Shown: in pieces, positions 1-10,242 of the stretch
How the letters are laid out: the number at the start of each line of letters is the position of its first letter
How positions within the stretch are numbered: position 1 is the stretch's first letter
Origin: Minisyncoccota bacterium
GTDB taxonomy: Bacteria; Patescibacteriota; Minisyncoccia; Phycocordibacterales; UBA9973
Assembly (NCBI GenBank): GCA_041674285.1
Contig: JBAYVZ010000001.1
Span: 10,167-74,166 of the forward strand
Reading direction: 5' to 3'
Length of the DNA stretch: 64,000 bases
Made by a program: the position numbers and the translations under genes
Notes under the pieces: generated by a model
What the model was told of the DNA's origin: nothing
The model's database searches: none
What the model saw: only the letters and a program-made list of their open reading frames with translations

Positions 1-2
1 TA

Positions 3-1337
3 TCTAATGGTAATATTGGTATCGGTACAGGATCTTCAAATCCTGGTCAGCCATTGGATATCTGGGGTTCATCTCCAAAAGTCAGATTGAACAACACTGC
101 GACTTCTCAGCCAAACGTATTCATGTTTGCTCGATCTGGTTCTACAAAAGCTACATGGGGTCTAGCTACTGCTTCTAATCAGATCATCACTGGATCTGTA
201 GTAGACGATTCTGTTATCTCTACTGTTGGCAGTATATATCTTGCAGCAGGTAATGTGACATCAGCGTCTCATCTATCTGTGAATACTTCAGGCTATGTAG
301 GTATCGGTACAAATTCTGCAAGTACAAAATTTGAAATAGGTACTTCTGATCTAGGTGATGGTGTCGCTGGTCCAGTTATTACACTAGGTAGGAATAGTAA
401 TGTTACAAATACAGGTGCTGGATCTATCAATTTCTTGAGCAAGGGTGGTACAGCAGGATATGTATGGCAAGACGCCGCAGGTAATCTACGCATTCATACA
501 TCATCACCAAGCAATGCAAATGATACAGCCGGTACAGTAGTCGGAGCACAGACTTCTACTCGTGAGACAAAGCAGGACATCGCAGATTACACAGATTATA
601 ATGCAGCATTGTCTATGATAGTAGATGCACCACTGCATACATTCAAGTACAAGAAGGAGGTTGCTGGTTACGGAGCAGATTCACCACTAGCCAAGACTCG
701 TATCGGATATATCGCAGACGAGGTAGATCCTGCATTCATGGTGGGTAATGTCATCGATCAAGTTTCAGTGAATGGTATTCTCATGGCTTCAGTAAAAGCT
801 ATGAACCTAAAAGTTCAAAACTTAGAAGCTCTAATATCTCAAAACAACAATAATGTTTCTTCTCTGATGTCTGATTTCTTTGGTGGTGTAGTCACAGATG
901 TATCCGGTACATTAGCGACAATCAAAGACCTAGCTGTGAGTACGTTAAAAGTAGGTAGTCCAGAAAAGAGAACAGGTATCACCATCTACGACGAAGCGAC
1001 AGGGGATCCATATTGTATAAAGGTTGTGAATGGTTCTATGCAGACAATCCCTGGTGAATGTGCGGTAGTATCTGCACCGACACCAGAGAGTCAGACTGCC
1101 GGAGCAGGGAACTCTACTCCAGAGCCTGCATCAGAAGTCACTCCGGAATCTACCCCAGAAGTAACACCTGAGGTGACACCAGAAGTAGTCCCAGAAGAGA
1201 TATCTCCTGAACCTACTCCAGAAATAGCTCCCGAGCCTACTCCCGAAGTAGTACCTGAACCTACCCCAAAAATAACCCCCGAGGTTACACCTGAGCCTAC
1301 TCCAGCCCCAGAATCTACTCCAGAAGCCACAATATAA
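3..1337 (+). CDS. C-terminal part of large surface/tail-fibre-like protein with peptidase S74-type intramolecular chaperone domain and Pro/Glu/Thr-rich tail (5' truncated by window edge)
   Basis: Frame open from position 3 (SNGNIGIGT); GxVGIGT repeats; TSTRETKQDI...GYIADEV S74-like motif; PEVT/PEPT repeats. Confidence 0.75.
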   Translation, partial: SNGNIGIGTGSSNPGQPLDIWGSSPKVRLNNTATSQPNVFMFARSGSTKATWGLATASNQIITGSVVDDSVISTVGSIYLAAGNVTSASHLSVNTSGYVGIGTNSASTKFEIGTSDLGDGVAGPVITLGRNSNVTNTGAGSINFLSKGGTAGYVWQDAAGNLRIHTSSPSNANDTAGTVVGAQTSTRETKQDIADYTDYNAALSMIVDAPLHTFKYKKEVAGYGADSPLAKTRIGYIADEVDPAFMVGNVIDQVSVNGILMASVKAMNLKVQNLEALISQNNNNVSSLMSDFFGGVVTDVSGTLATIKDLAVSTLKVGSPEKRTGITIYDEATGDPYCIKVVNGSMQTIPGECAVVSAPTPESQTAGAGNSTPEPASEVTPESTPEVTPEVTPEVVPEEISPEPTPEIAPEPTPEVVPEPTPKITPEVTPEPTPAPESTPEATI

Positions 1338-1341
1338 TAAA

Positions 1342-1368
1342 TCTTCCACAGGTCCGACCTGTGGAAGA
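1342..1368. repeat. REP-like palindrome copy 1 (TCTTCCACAGGTC-C-GACCTGTGGAAGA)
   Basis: 13-bp perfect arms just upstream of the Y1 transposase. Confidence 0.9.
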
Positions 1369-1647
1369 CATGAAATTTATATATGTCAATAAGAAAAACA
1401 AATTTAGTATGCAATGAGTTTTATCATATATATAATCGTGGCAATGGTAAGAGTGCGATTTTTTTAGACGATGAAGATTACGATCGTTTTATTAAAATAT
1501 TATATATTTGTAATTCTGAGAATAATTTTAAATTCAGAGATTCAATTACTAGTCTTGGATTAGATGCTTTCGATTTTGAAAGGGGGAATACTCTTGTCGA
1601 TATTTTGGGTTGGGTTTTAATGCCGAATCATTTTCATCTAATTTTAA

Positions 1648-1674
1648 TTTCCCACAGGTCCGACCGGTGGGAAA
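1648..1674. repeat. REP-like palindrome copy 2, in-frame inside the transposase
   Basis: TTTCCCACAGGTC-C-GACCGGTGGGAAA, one mismatch; read as SHRSDRWE. Confidence 0.85.
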
Positions 1675-2055
1675 AAGATTATAATCCAATTACAGAATTT
1701 ATGCGAAAAGTCTCTACTTCATATGCTATGTATTTTAATAAAAAATATAAGCGCACAGGGTCTTTATTTGAAGGTAAATTTAAATCAAGTCACATTAATG
1801 AAGAGAATTATTTTAATTATATTTTTTCGTATGTACATTTAAATCCTATTAAATTAATACAAAAGGATTGGAAAGAAAATGGTATAAGAGATAAAAATAT
1901 AGCAATCAATTATTTAAAAACCTACAAATATTCTAGCTTCTTGGATTATTTTTCTGAGTACAGAAAACAAAGTAAGGTAATAAATAAAATTATATTACCG
2001 GAGCATCTAAAAATTAATCATACTAGAGAATTATTTGACTTTTTTAAGAATTATG

Positions 2056-2082
2056 TTCCCCACAGGTCGGACCTGTGGGGAA
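2056..2082. repeat. REP-like palindrome copy 3, inverted orientation, in transposase 3' end
   Basis: TTCCCCACAGGTC-G-GACCTGTGGGGAA; read as PHRSDLWG. Confidence 0.9.
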
Positions 2083-2174
2083 AGTAAGATATGTTTGATT
2101 GGTTGTTTTTGTTTTATTGTAATATAATTAAGATTATAAAATTGGAATAAATTAAAATATTGATTTAAAGATAA

Positions 2175-3509
2175 ATGAAATTTGGTAATAAAAATTTTTA
2201 TATTGGTTTTATAAAAAAAACATTTATAGTTTTCGCTATATTGTTTTTCAGTGTGTCTTTTGCTGATTTCTCAAGTTCTAGTTTCAATCTCGAGAATCCT
2301 CTGAGTGTCACAGAAGGTGGCCAGGCTACTTCCAGTAGTTTTAAGTACTTTGGGTCTACTGGGCAATTGATAGTGGGAGAGAGTAGTAGTACAAATTTCA
2401 AGCAAAATTCTGGATTCATGTATTTCCCATTTGCGACTTCGCCTGTACTGACAGCTACTGCAGGGGATACTACCGTATCGTTATCTTGGACTGCAGCTTC
2501 GGGGGTTTTTGCAAATGTCACTAGCTATGAATTGGGTAGTAGTACTTCTGCTGATTCTGGTTTTGTGTACGTGTCTGTCGGTACTAGTACTTCATCTACA
2601 AAGAGCTCACTTACAAACGGTACGACTTATTATTTCAAGGTTAGATCTTATGCTGCTGGGATACTAGTCAGTGAATCATCTGTAGTCTCATCTACTCCAG
2701 CATCTTCGGATAATGGTGGTTCTGGTGGGGGTGGCGGAGGAGGGGGTGGTGGAAGCAGTAGTGGTGGTACCTCGAATAATGTTAAATTCTCCGGCAGAGC
2801 TTATCCTCGCAGTACTGTGGTGCTACTCAAGGATGCCCAAGTTTTAACTTCGACCCTAGCAGGCAATGATGCCAACTTCACTATAAACATCAATAGCATG
2901 AATGCTGGTAATTATATTTTCTCTGTGTATTCCGAGGATGACAAGGGCAATAGATCTTCACTCCTTACTTTCCCAGTGTCTATTACTGCAGGTGCCAGTA
3001 CCGATATAGGAGGTATATTCATAGCACCGACTATCGCTACAGATAAATCAGAGGTAAAGCAGGGTGACAATATAACTTTCTTTGGTCAGTCTACCCCAAA
3101 TAGTGAGATCACGATTTCTATTCATTCAGAGCAGGAATTATTCGAAAAAACTAATTCAGACAAGGATGGTATATATCTCCGGATGGTAGATTCATCTCCT
3201 TTGGAGGTAGGTAGTCACTCTGCAAAATCAAAATCAGCGATAAATGGAGAGATTAGTTCCTATAGTAAGCCTATAGATTTTGCTGTCAGTGATAAAAATA
3301 TTGAAAATGATTTACTGAAGAAATGCCCTGCAAAAGGAGATCTGAATAATGACTGTAAGGTTAACTTGATTGATTTCTCTATAGCAGCTTTTTGGAATAA
3401 AAAAACACTAACTCAGAGTATTTCTGATAAAGAAAAATTAAAGTTGAACGGAGATGGAAAAATAAATCTGATCGACTTTAGTATCATGGCTTATTATTGG
3501 ACTGGATAA
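2175..3509 (+). CDS. Secreted FN3 / Ig-like protein with C-terminal type I dockerin
   Basis: Signal peptide; LSWTA..LTNGTTYYFKV (FN3); poly-Gly linker; GDLNNDCKVNLIDFS and LNGDGKINLIDFS dockerin repeats. Confidence 0.8.
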   Translation: MKFGNKNFYIGFIKKTFIVFAILFFSVSFADFSSSSFNLENPLSVTEGGQATSSSFKYFGSTGQLIVGESSSTNFKQNSGFMYFPFATSPVLTATAGDTTVSLSWTAASGVFANVTSYELGSSTSADSGFVYVSVGTSTSSTKSSLTNGTTYYFKVRSYAAGILVSESSVVSSTPASSDNGGSGGGGGGGGGGSSSGGTSNNVKFSGRAYPRSTVVLLKDAQVLTSTLAGNDANFTININSMNAGNYIFSVYSEDDKGNRSSLLTFPVSITAGASTDIGGIFIAPTIATDKSEVKQGDNITFFGQSTPNSEITISIHSEQELFEKTNSDKDGIYLRMVDSSPLEVGSHSAKSKSAINGEISSYSKPIDFAVSDKNIENDLLKKCPAKGDLNNDCKVNLIDFSIAAFWNKKTLTQSISDKEKLKLNGDGKINLIDFSIMAYYWTG

Positions 3510-3557
3510 TGTGTCGCGCTTTAAAGAATGATTGCGTGACGTGATTTCATTAAATCA

Positions 3558-4403
3558 ATGTATAAAAATTTTACAATTAAATTTATAATATTTTCTTTTT
3601 TACTATCTGTATTTACAAACAGTGTTTTTGCTGCAGATATAAGTATCAAATCTGACAGTAGTGATATAAAAATAGGTGATATCTATAAAGTGTCTATATT
3701 ACTCGATACAAAAAGTGAGTCTGTAAATACTATCGAAGGGGATGTGTCTTACGATAAAGATATGATGGATGTCGTATTCATAGATACATCAGCTTCTTTT
3801 GTAAATCTCTGGGTAGAAAAACCGTCCGTATCTGCTCCTGGGCGTATTCATTTTTCTGGCATGACTCCTGGGGGAGTCTCTGTGCCTGCTGGTGTTGTTT
3901 TTGATATGGTTTTCAAAGCAAAGAAGATAGGATCTTCTACTGTGTCTTTATCTAATATATCCTTGTATATAAACGATGGATTAGGGTCAAAAGCTCAGTC
4001 TAATTTTGATAATTTTACTGTTGTAGTGGGGGAGGGCGATTCTACTCGGGGTGTTTTTGATTTGTTCGATTCAGACAAGGTTTCCCCAGAGATTTTTACC
4101 ATAGAGAGAACTCGTGATGAATCTATCTTTGATGGAAAATATTTCATTGCTTTCAATGCGATAGACAAAGACTCTGGTATATCCAAGACCAGGTCCTGCG
4201 AATTCATGTCTTGTCGTGATGTGGTGAGTCCTACTCTCCTTTCAAATCAAACTCCATTTTATTTTATAAAAGTAATTGCTTTTGATATGAATGGCAATAC
4301 TACTTCTTCATTCTTAATCGCTGATATCGTTTATGTTGCCTTCTTTTCATTTATTATTTTTATTTTTGGTTTATTTTTATTCTATAAAAGTAAAAAGTTG
4401 TAG
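3558..4403 (+). CDS. Cohesin-domain membrane-anchored protein
   Basis: Signal peptide; GDIYKVSI..VNTIEGDVSYD..LWVEKP..FKAKKIG cohesin-like pattern; C-terminal TM. Confidence 0.7.
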   Translation: MYKNFTIKFIIFSFLLSVFTNSVFAADISIKSDSSDIKIGDIYKVSILLDTKSESVNTIEGDVSYDKDMMDVVFIDTSASFVNLWVEKPSVSAPGRIHFSGMTPGGVSVPAGVVFDMVFKAKKIGSSTVSLSNISLYINDGLGSKAQSNFDNFTVVVGEGDSTRGVFDLFDSDKVSPEIFTIERTRDESIFDGKYFIAFNAIDKDSGISKTRSCEFMSCRDVVSPTLLSNQTPFYFIKVIAFDMNGNTTSSFLIADIVYVAFFSFIIFIFGLFLFYKSKKL

Positions 4404-4435
4404 ATATTTATTTTTTAATAAGTTATAATAAATTT

Positions 4436-5950
4436 ATGTCTTTTAAAAATTTTTACAAAATAAATTTAAATAAAAAAATATTATTTTTATTTTTTATTTT
4501 TCTGTTTTCTTTTACTCAAAAAGTTTCTGCTGCAGAGTTAAACCTAATCCCATCTTTTTCTTCTTATGAAGTTGGGGATAATATTAAAGTCAGGGTTACA
4601 TTGTCTAGTTCGACTTCTGTGAATGCTGTGTCTGGAAATATAAAATTTTCTACAGACACTCTGACTATGACATCTGTTACCAAGGGGGGCTCAGTCGTTA
4701 GCTTGTGGGCAGTTGAACCTACATATTCAAATGCATCAGGTACTGTAAATTTTGAAGGTGTCATGCTCTCTGGATATACAGGTTCAGGTGGGACTGTATT
4801 GACTCTGAATTTCAAAGCTAAATCAGCGGGTACTGCATCAGCTAGCTTTTCTTCGTCTTCTGTTTTAGCTAGTGATGGAGAAGGTACAAATGTTTTGTCT
4901 AGATCCGGTAGTACGTCATTTAGGATTAATAAGCCGGCTGAAAAGAAAGTAGAAGAAAAACCAGCTGATAAAACTGATAAAAAAATAGAAACAAAGACTC
5001 TCTCTCCAAAAACTGAGACTACAGAGACTTCAAATACAAAAGTTGATTTAGTTTTGCCTACTATTCAAATACAAAAGATATCTGCAGATGATAGTATTGA
5101 TTCATTTGCTGTATTTAATGTGAACAGTGTGGGGAAGAAATTAAAATCACTATACAAGGTAGAAATCGATGGGGCACCTTATGCATGGGATAATCAGGAT
5201 GGTGGAGTATTTACTACACCTAAGTTGACAAAGGGGGATCACAGGTTGTCTATATCTATGGACACAGTTAACGGAGATATACTCTCAAGTAGTGTCGCTT
5301 TCTCTATCCTCAGTATCCCTGCACCTGTCATCACTGAATATTCTGAGAGTATAAATGAAAATAGTTATATAGTCATTAAAGGTAAGGCTGACCCGGATAC
5401 AGATGTTATATTGGTATTTGATTACAAATTATCAGACACTGGTGAATCTAAAAAATACGAAGCAGTAGCTCGATCAGATGAATATGGAAACTTCACTTAT
5501 TTGTCTGAAAAAGTTAAATCCGGATCTTATGATGTGTCAGCATATTACAAAGTAAAGAGTGGGTTTGATAGTGAAAAGAGTGCACCATTAAAATTGAATG
5601 TAAATTCAGAAAATAAAGTACTCCTATCAAAGGTTACAAATACTTTCTCTGTGGTTATATTGATTGTCGCACTCATTATATTGCTATTAATTGTTGCTAC
5701 TTGGGGGTGGTATAAGTTCCTAAATTACAAGGATAAGCACACAAAAAAGTTGTCCGACAGCAAGATAGTTATAGCAAAAAGTTTTGAGATTCTAGATAAT
5801 GATGTCGATAAACAGATCAAGATATTTAGAAAAATTAAATCTCTCGAGCCTTTGACCAAAGAAGAAAAAGCTTTCTTGAAAGAATTCAAGAGAGACATAC
5901 GGGCAGCAGAAAAAGTGATATCAGATGAAGTAAAGATTCCCAAGAAGTAA
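4436..5950 (+). CDS. Cohesin + Ig-like domain membrane-anchored protein
   Basis: VGDNIKVRV..VNAVSGNIKF..LWAVEP..FKAKSAG; TM helix near C-terminus. Confidence 0.7.
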   Translation: MSFKNFYKINLNKKILFLFFIFLFSFTQKVSAAELNLIPSFSSYEVGDNIKVRVTLSSSTSVNAVSGNIKFSTDTLTMTSVTKGGSVVSLWAVEPTYSNASGTVNFEGVMLSGYTGSGGTVLTLNFKAKSAGTASASFSSSSVLASDGEGTNVLSRSGSTSFRINKPAEKKVEEKPADKTDKKIETKTLSPKTETTETSNTKVDLVLPTIQIQKISADDSIDSFAVFNVNSVGKKLKSLYKVEIDGAPYAWDNQDGGVFTTPKLTKGDHRLSISMDTVNGDILSSSVAFSILSIPAPVITEYSESINENSYIVIKGKADPDTDVILVFDYKLSDTGESKKYEAVARSDEYGNFTYLSEKVKSGSYDVSAYYKVKSGFDSEKSAPLKLNVNSENKVLLSKVTNTFSVVILIVALIILLLIVATWGWYKFLNYKDKHTKKLSDSKIVIAKSFEILDNDVDKQIKIFRKIKSLEPLTKEEKAFLKEFKRDIRAAEKVISDEVKIPKK

Positions 5951-6046
5951 AATATTTACAAGTTAAAATAAAAATGCCCTATTGGTTAAATAGGGTGTTT
6001 TTATTTGGTTTTTTTGTGTTTTTGCTGATATAATATGTACATATAG

Positions 6047-9000
6047 ATGAAAAATTTTGGACATAAAATAATTTCTTTGATTCTTTTGGTTGTACTACTG
6101 ATAACAAGTGGTTTTTTTGTTGATAATATAAAAAAAGCAAAAGCATCTAATTCAAAAACAGTTACAGTTACTTTTCGTACCACTCCAACTACTGCAACCG
6201 TTGCAAAAGCTCCACTGAAATATAATAAGGATTTTGCTTTTAGTTTTCAGATGGATGATGGTAGTGCGGACAACTACGAGAATGGTTTCAAATATATGTA
6301 TGGAGGTACTAGTTCATTATTAGAAGAAAGTTATGGTGGTAAATATTTTACAGATGGATCTGGACGATCTACTGCACTAGCTAGTAAGCCATTTCGTGGT
6401 GACTTTGTTTGGAATTCTCGAAACTATAGTTCAAGTTTTGTAGAGCTACACGCAGCCCTAAATACTCTTACTTGGACAAAACTCCTTGATGCGAATACTG
6501 CAGGATTTGACGTATTGAACCACAGTTGGTCTCATGCTGCTGTGACTACACTAGGGGATAATTATGTTTATGATTATCCTGCGCCACAAGGTGCTACTAC
6601 TCTGGAATCTGGTGGTTATGAATATGAACTTAGTCAAAACGAAGACGAGGTGGCTAGTCACGGGGTGACTATGGCACCACTTGCTATGGTTCCTCCGGCA
6701 GGAGATCATGGATATATAGATCCTGCTTTTTCTACTGGTTACAAGCTCGTAGCCAGTGAGAGTTCGTCTTTTACTTACTCAGGTGGGACGGTTGCTGTAG
6801 ATACGGGTGGTATGAATGTGACTTCGAGTGTAGATTTGGACCATCTTTTTGCTTATCGATATTTTTATGAAGATAGTAGATTTACCCCAAACACCGCTAC
6901 GGCTATCACTACACCCATAGACACACTTGCATCTCGTAGTCGTGGGTCAGATAAATACTGGGCTATTGGTTTTACTCATAGGACGAGTGTGGTCTCTGGT
7001 GGCCTATCAGAATCAAATTATGAATCATTGATGGACCATATTGCTAGTACTTATGGCCGTGATGGGGATGATTCTATCTGGATGGCTCCAGCCGAAGAGG
7101 TGTATGACTATTTATCCACAAAGCAAAATACAACAGTCTCTACAAACACAGTAGGGAATGTTATGACTATTACACTCGACACATCATCTGTACCAGCGTT
7201 GCGACGCGAGGCTCTATCTCTGGTTGTATCTTCTGATGCCGAGATTGAATCTATCGCATATGCTCCCGGAGAATTTACTGCTACTAGTTCAAATATAAAT
7301 ACTGGTCTGATTAATATGGATTGGGGTACTGTATATACAGCCAATGATTTTACCCGTGTAGAAACATTAGTATCCGCTGCTGAATCTAGTCGTGCGCAGT
7401 CTGACATCGATATCGCTACTACTTATGTCGCTATGTTGCCAGCAAGTGTTGAGAAAAATAATTTTACTAGTAGGTTAAATAATATTGTTGTTTTAGGTCA
7501 GCGATGGTTGATCAATCTGGGTATCAATAGTGCAGGCAAATTACAAGACACAGTAGTGGGTAGTGAGACAGAGAATCTTTGGTGGAATGAGATAAATTTA
7601 GTTTCCAATACTGGTTCAAATCAGACATCACCCATACTAGTAGACACTGCAAATGTAAATACTAGTCTTACTGTAGTTTTACCTCAATCTACTACTACAA
7701 ATTCTTGGGTAAAACCAGGAGCGGGTAGTGAGGGTCAGACTACTGTCACAGACGGTGATGGGGCTTATCCAAATGCTAAAATGCAAAAAGGTCTTTATAT
7801 CAGTAACGCAACAGAAACTTCACCTGTTGTTCAGATTCATAATCTTGACCCTGTAAAGAAATATAAGGTCACAATTTTTGGTTCTACAAAAAATTTAAAT
7901 AGCGGAAAAACTACGTCAAATATTGCAGTTCAGGGTGTATCTCAGGGTCCGTATCAGCATTATAATAATACAAGTAATACTTTAATATTTAGTTCCGTTT
8001 CTCCTACTGTTAGTGGGGTTATAGAGATTGTTATGACTCCTGTGAATCCAGCTTGGAGCGTGACTCCTATAAATGTCATCGATATCAGTGAGGTCACTCC
8101 TGCATTGCCAACTATAACTTTTAATTCTCAATCTCTACGCAGTCAGATTAGTGGGCTTGTTGATTACGGATATACTATTACTGATGACAATAGTGATCCT
8201 ATTTCCCTTATGAGCTATCAATACTCTGCCACCGGTGCATTTAATGGCGAGGAAGCGACTGCTACTCCAAAATCAAGCGACGGTCTTCATGATGGAATTT
8301 CTTCTTTGACTTCTTCTCCTGCGGGTGTTGCTCATGATTTCGTATGGGATGCTATTACTGATTTACTTGGACAAGAGGGAACTTTTTATCTAAGACTCCG
8401 ACCACAGAATCTATCCTCTGATGGGTCATATTCAATTGCTACTCCAGTCGCTCTCGATTTCAAGAACCCCGTACAGACTAGTATCGGCGCTACGACAACT
8501 TCATCTACTGCAAGTATCACTTGGACTACCCAAGAGATCGCGTATGGATTGGTGGAGTATGGTACTACGGATTCATATGGATCAAGTGTAGGATCCTTGT
8601 CATCTGGTACAGCGGTATTGAGTCATGATTTTGATTTGACTGGATTAGATGCTTGTACTACTTATCACTACCGTGTGTCTTCTCGAGATAGTGTGGGTAA
8701 CAATACCGTATCATCTGATCAGACGATGCATACAGCTGGATGCCCTGATCCTGTAGCTAGTCCTGTGGCTGGATTGTATAATGCGACTCAATCAGTGACA
8801 CTATCTGCTACTGGATCTTCTTCTATTCGCTATTCGACAACTAGTACCCCAGCTGATTGTTCTGCTGGTACTCTGTATAGTGGCGCGATATCTGTAGCAT
8901 CAGATACTACTATATATGTACGTGCTTGTGATATTTCAAACAATTCAACTACTGGTAGTTTCCTCTATACTATAGATTCCGAAGCCCCATCTACACCAGC

Positions 9001-10195
9001 TTCATCACCGTCGGATGGTACATACAACAGTACTCAGTCGGTCACACTATCAGCTGCAGGTTCTGATTCTATAAGATATTCTACATCGAGTACCCCAGCT
9101 GATTGTTCTGCTGGTACTCTATACAGTGGTGCTATCTCTGTGTCCTCTAATCAGACTATTTATGCTAGAGCATGTGATACCGCAGGTAATTCTTCTACGG
9201 CATCTTTTGCTTATGTTATAGATACTAGTGCCCCAGACACTGCGGTTGCTTCACCTAGTGCTGGTACATACAACAGCACTCAATCTGTGACCCTATCATC
9301 TTCTGGGTCAGATTCTATCCGCTATTCTACATCAGGCACACCATCTAACTGTTCTGCTGGTACTCTGTATAGTGGCGCGATATCTGTAGCATCAGATGCT
9401 ACTATATATGTACGTGCTTGTGACGGAGCAGGGAATGCCTCCACGACATCTTTTGCTTATGTGATAGACACTGAAGATCCTAGTATTCCCGTAGCGAGCC
9501 CCTCTGCTGGTACTCATGAGGGTACTCAATCAGTGACACTATCTGCTACTGGATCTTCTTCTATCCGCTATTCGACAACTAGTACTCCAGCTGATTGTTC
9601 TGCTGATACTCTATATGGTGGAGCGATAACTGTTGCTTCTGATACTACTTTATATGTGCTAGCTTGTGATGAGGCAGGGAATTCATCTACTGCATCTTTT
9701 GAATACGTAATAACAATAGATGATACTCCTCCAGCCCCTGTGAATGAATCCAGGAGATATGGTAGCTCATCTTCAAGCTCTTATTCATCTGCAAGTTCAA
9801 AAATATATTCACCTGTAATCGCTACCTCAAATGCTAGTGTTTTATCTGGGGTAGTTTCTAGCACGAATAGTCCAGATAATAAATATCCAATAGCTGTATC
9901 TATTAATACAGGTACTCCTAATGTTAAAAATAATATAGTTTTTTCTATTGAAAAATTACCAAATATTATTAAGATAAACAACTCAAATCCAAATATCAGA
10001 TCACTCCAAGAATTTTTAGTCGACTCATCGTCTGGACCCAAAGCTAAAGCTCTAGAGAAGCATGGTCTTACAAAGAATTTTGGATTACTCACAAAAGCCG
10101 CCCTTACTGAATGGCAAAAGGCGAATGGCCTAAAAGCTGATGGTATATTCGGACCAAAGACAAAAGCAAAAATAATTGAAATATTAAATAAATAA
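6047..10195 (+). CDS. Large secreted protein: polysaccharide deacetylase-like domain, FN3-like domain, four chitobiase/Fn3-associated repeats, C-terminal peptidoglycan-binding domain
   Basis: FSFQMDDG and NHSWSH (CE4-like); ASPxAGxYNxTQSVTL repeats; WQKANGLKADGIFGPKT. Confidence 0.75.
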   Translation: MKNFGHKIISLILLVVLLITSGFFVDNIKKAKASNSKTVTVTFRTTPTTATVAKAPLKYNKDFAFSFQMDDGSADNYENGFKYMYGGTSSLLEESYGGKYFTDGSGRSTALASKPFRGDFVWNSRNYSSSFVELHAALNTLTWTKLLDANTAGFDVLNHSWSHAAVTTLGDNYVYDYPAPQGATTLESGGYEYELSQNEDEVASHGVTMAPLAMVPPAGDHGYIDPAFSTGYKLVASESSSFTYSGGTVAVDTGGMNVTSSVDLDHLFAYRYFYEDSRFTPNTATAITTPIDTLASRSRGSDKYWAIGFTHRTSVVSGGLSESNYESLMDHIASTYGRDGDDSIWMAPAEEVYDYLSTKQNTTVSTNTVGNVMTITLDTSSVPALRREALSLVVSSDAEIESIAYAPGEFTATSSNINTGLINMDWGTVYTANDFTRVETLVSAAESSRAQSDIDIATTYVAMLPASVEKNNFTSRLNNIVVLGQRWLINLGINSAGKLQDTVVGSETENLWWNEINLVSNTGSNQTSPILVDTANVNTSLTVVLPQSTTTNSWVKPGAGSEGQTTVTDGDGAYPNAKMQKGLYISNATETSPVVQIHNLDPVKKYKVTIFGSTKNLNSGKTTSNIAVQGVSQGPYQHYNNTSNTLIFSSVSPTVSGVIEIVMTPVNPAWSVTPINVIDISEVTPALPTITFNSQSLRSQISGLVDYGYTITDDNSDPISLMSYQYSATGAFNGEEATATPKSSDGLHDGISSLTSSPAGVAHDFVWDAITDLLGQEGTFYLRLRPQNLSSDGSYSIATPVALDFKNPVQTSIGATTTSSTASITWTTQEIAYGLVEYGTTDSYGSSVGSLSSGTAVLSHDFDLTGLDACTTYHYRVSSRDSVGNNTVSSDQTMHTAGCPDPVASPVAGLYNATQSVTLSATGSSSIRYSTTSTPADCSAGTLYSGAISVASDTTIYVRACDISNNSTTGSFLYTIDSEAPSTPASSPSDGTYNSTQSVTLSAAGSDSIRYSTSSTPADCSAGTLYSGAISVSSNQTIYARACDTAGNSSTASFAYVIDTSAPDTAVASPSAGTYNSTQSVTLSSSGSDSIRYSTSGTPSNCSAGTLYSGAISVASDATIYVRACDGAGNASTTSFAYVIDTEDPSIPVASPSAGTHEGTQSVTLSATGSSSIRYSTTSTPADCSADTLYGGAITVASDTTLYVLACDEAGNSSTASFEYVITIDDTPPAPVNESRRYGSSSSSSYSSASSKIYSPVIATSNASVLSGVVSSTNSPDNKYPIAVSINTGTPNVKNNIVFSIEKLPNIIKINNSNPNIRSLQEFLVDSSSGPKAKALEKHGLTKNFGLLTKAALTEWQKANGLKADGIFGPKTKAKIIEILNK
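8749..9715 (+). repeat. Four tandem ~81-aa coding repeats with paired Cys
   Basis: QSVTLSA..SIRYST..PADCSAGTLY..YVRACD x4, with long identical DNA stretches. Confidence 0.85.
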
Positions 10196-10242
10196 AAAAT
10201 ACTACATCGTAGTATTTTTTATTACTATGATATAATATTTGA

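Larger units (their letters stand above)
1383..2087 (+). mobile_element. REP-associated tyrosine transposase (RAYT / IS200-like Y1 HUH TnpA)
   Basis: YHIYNRG, LMPNHFHL (HUH), GSLFEGKF, YVHLNP, YKYSS motifs; associated palindromes. Confidence 0.9.

Noticed and set aside
1-1337. Prophage tail fibre
   Set aside because: No other phage genes nearby; S74-type chaperone domains also occur in bacterial surface proteins.
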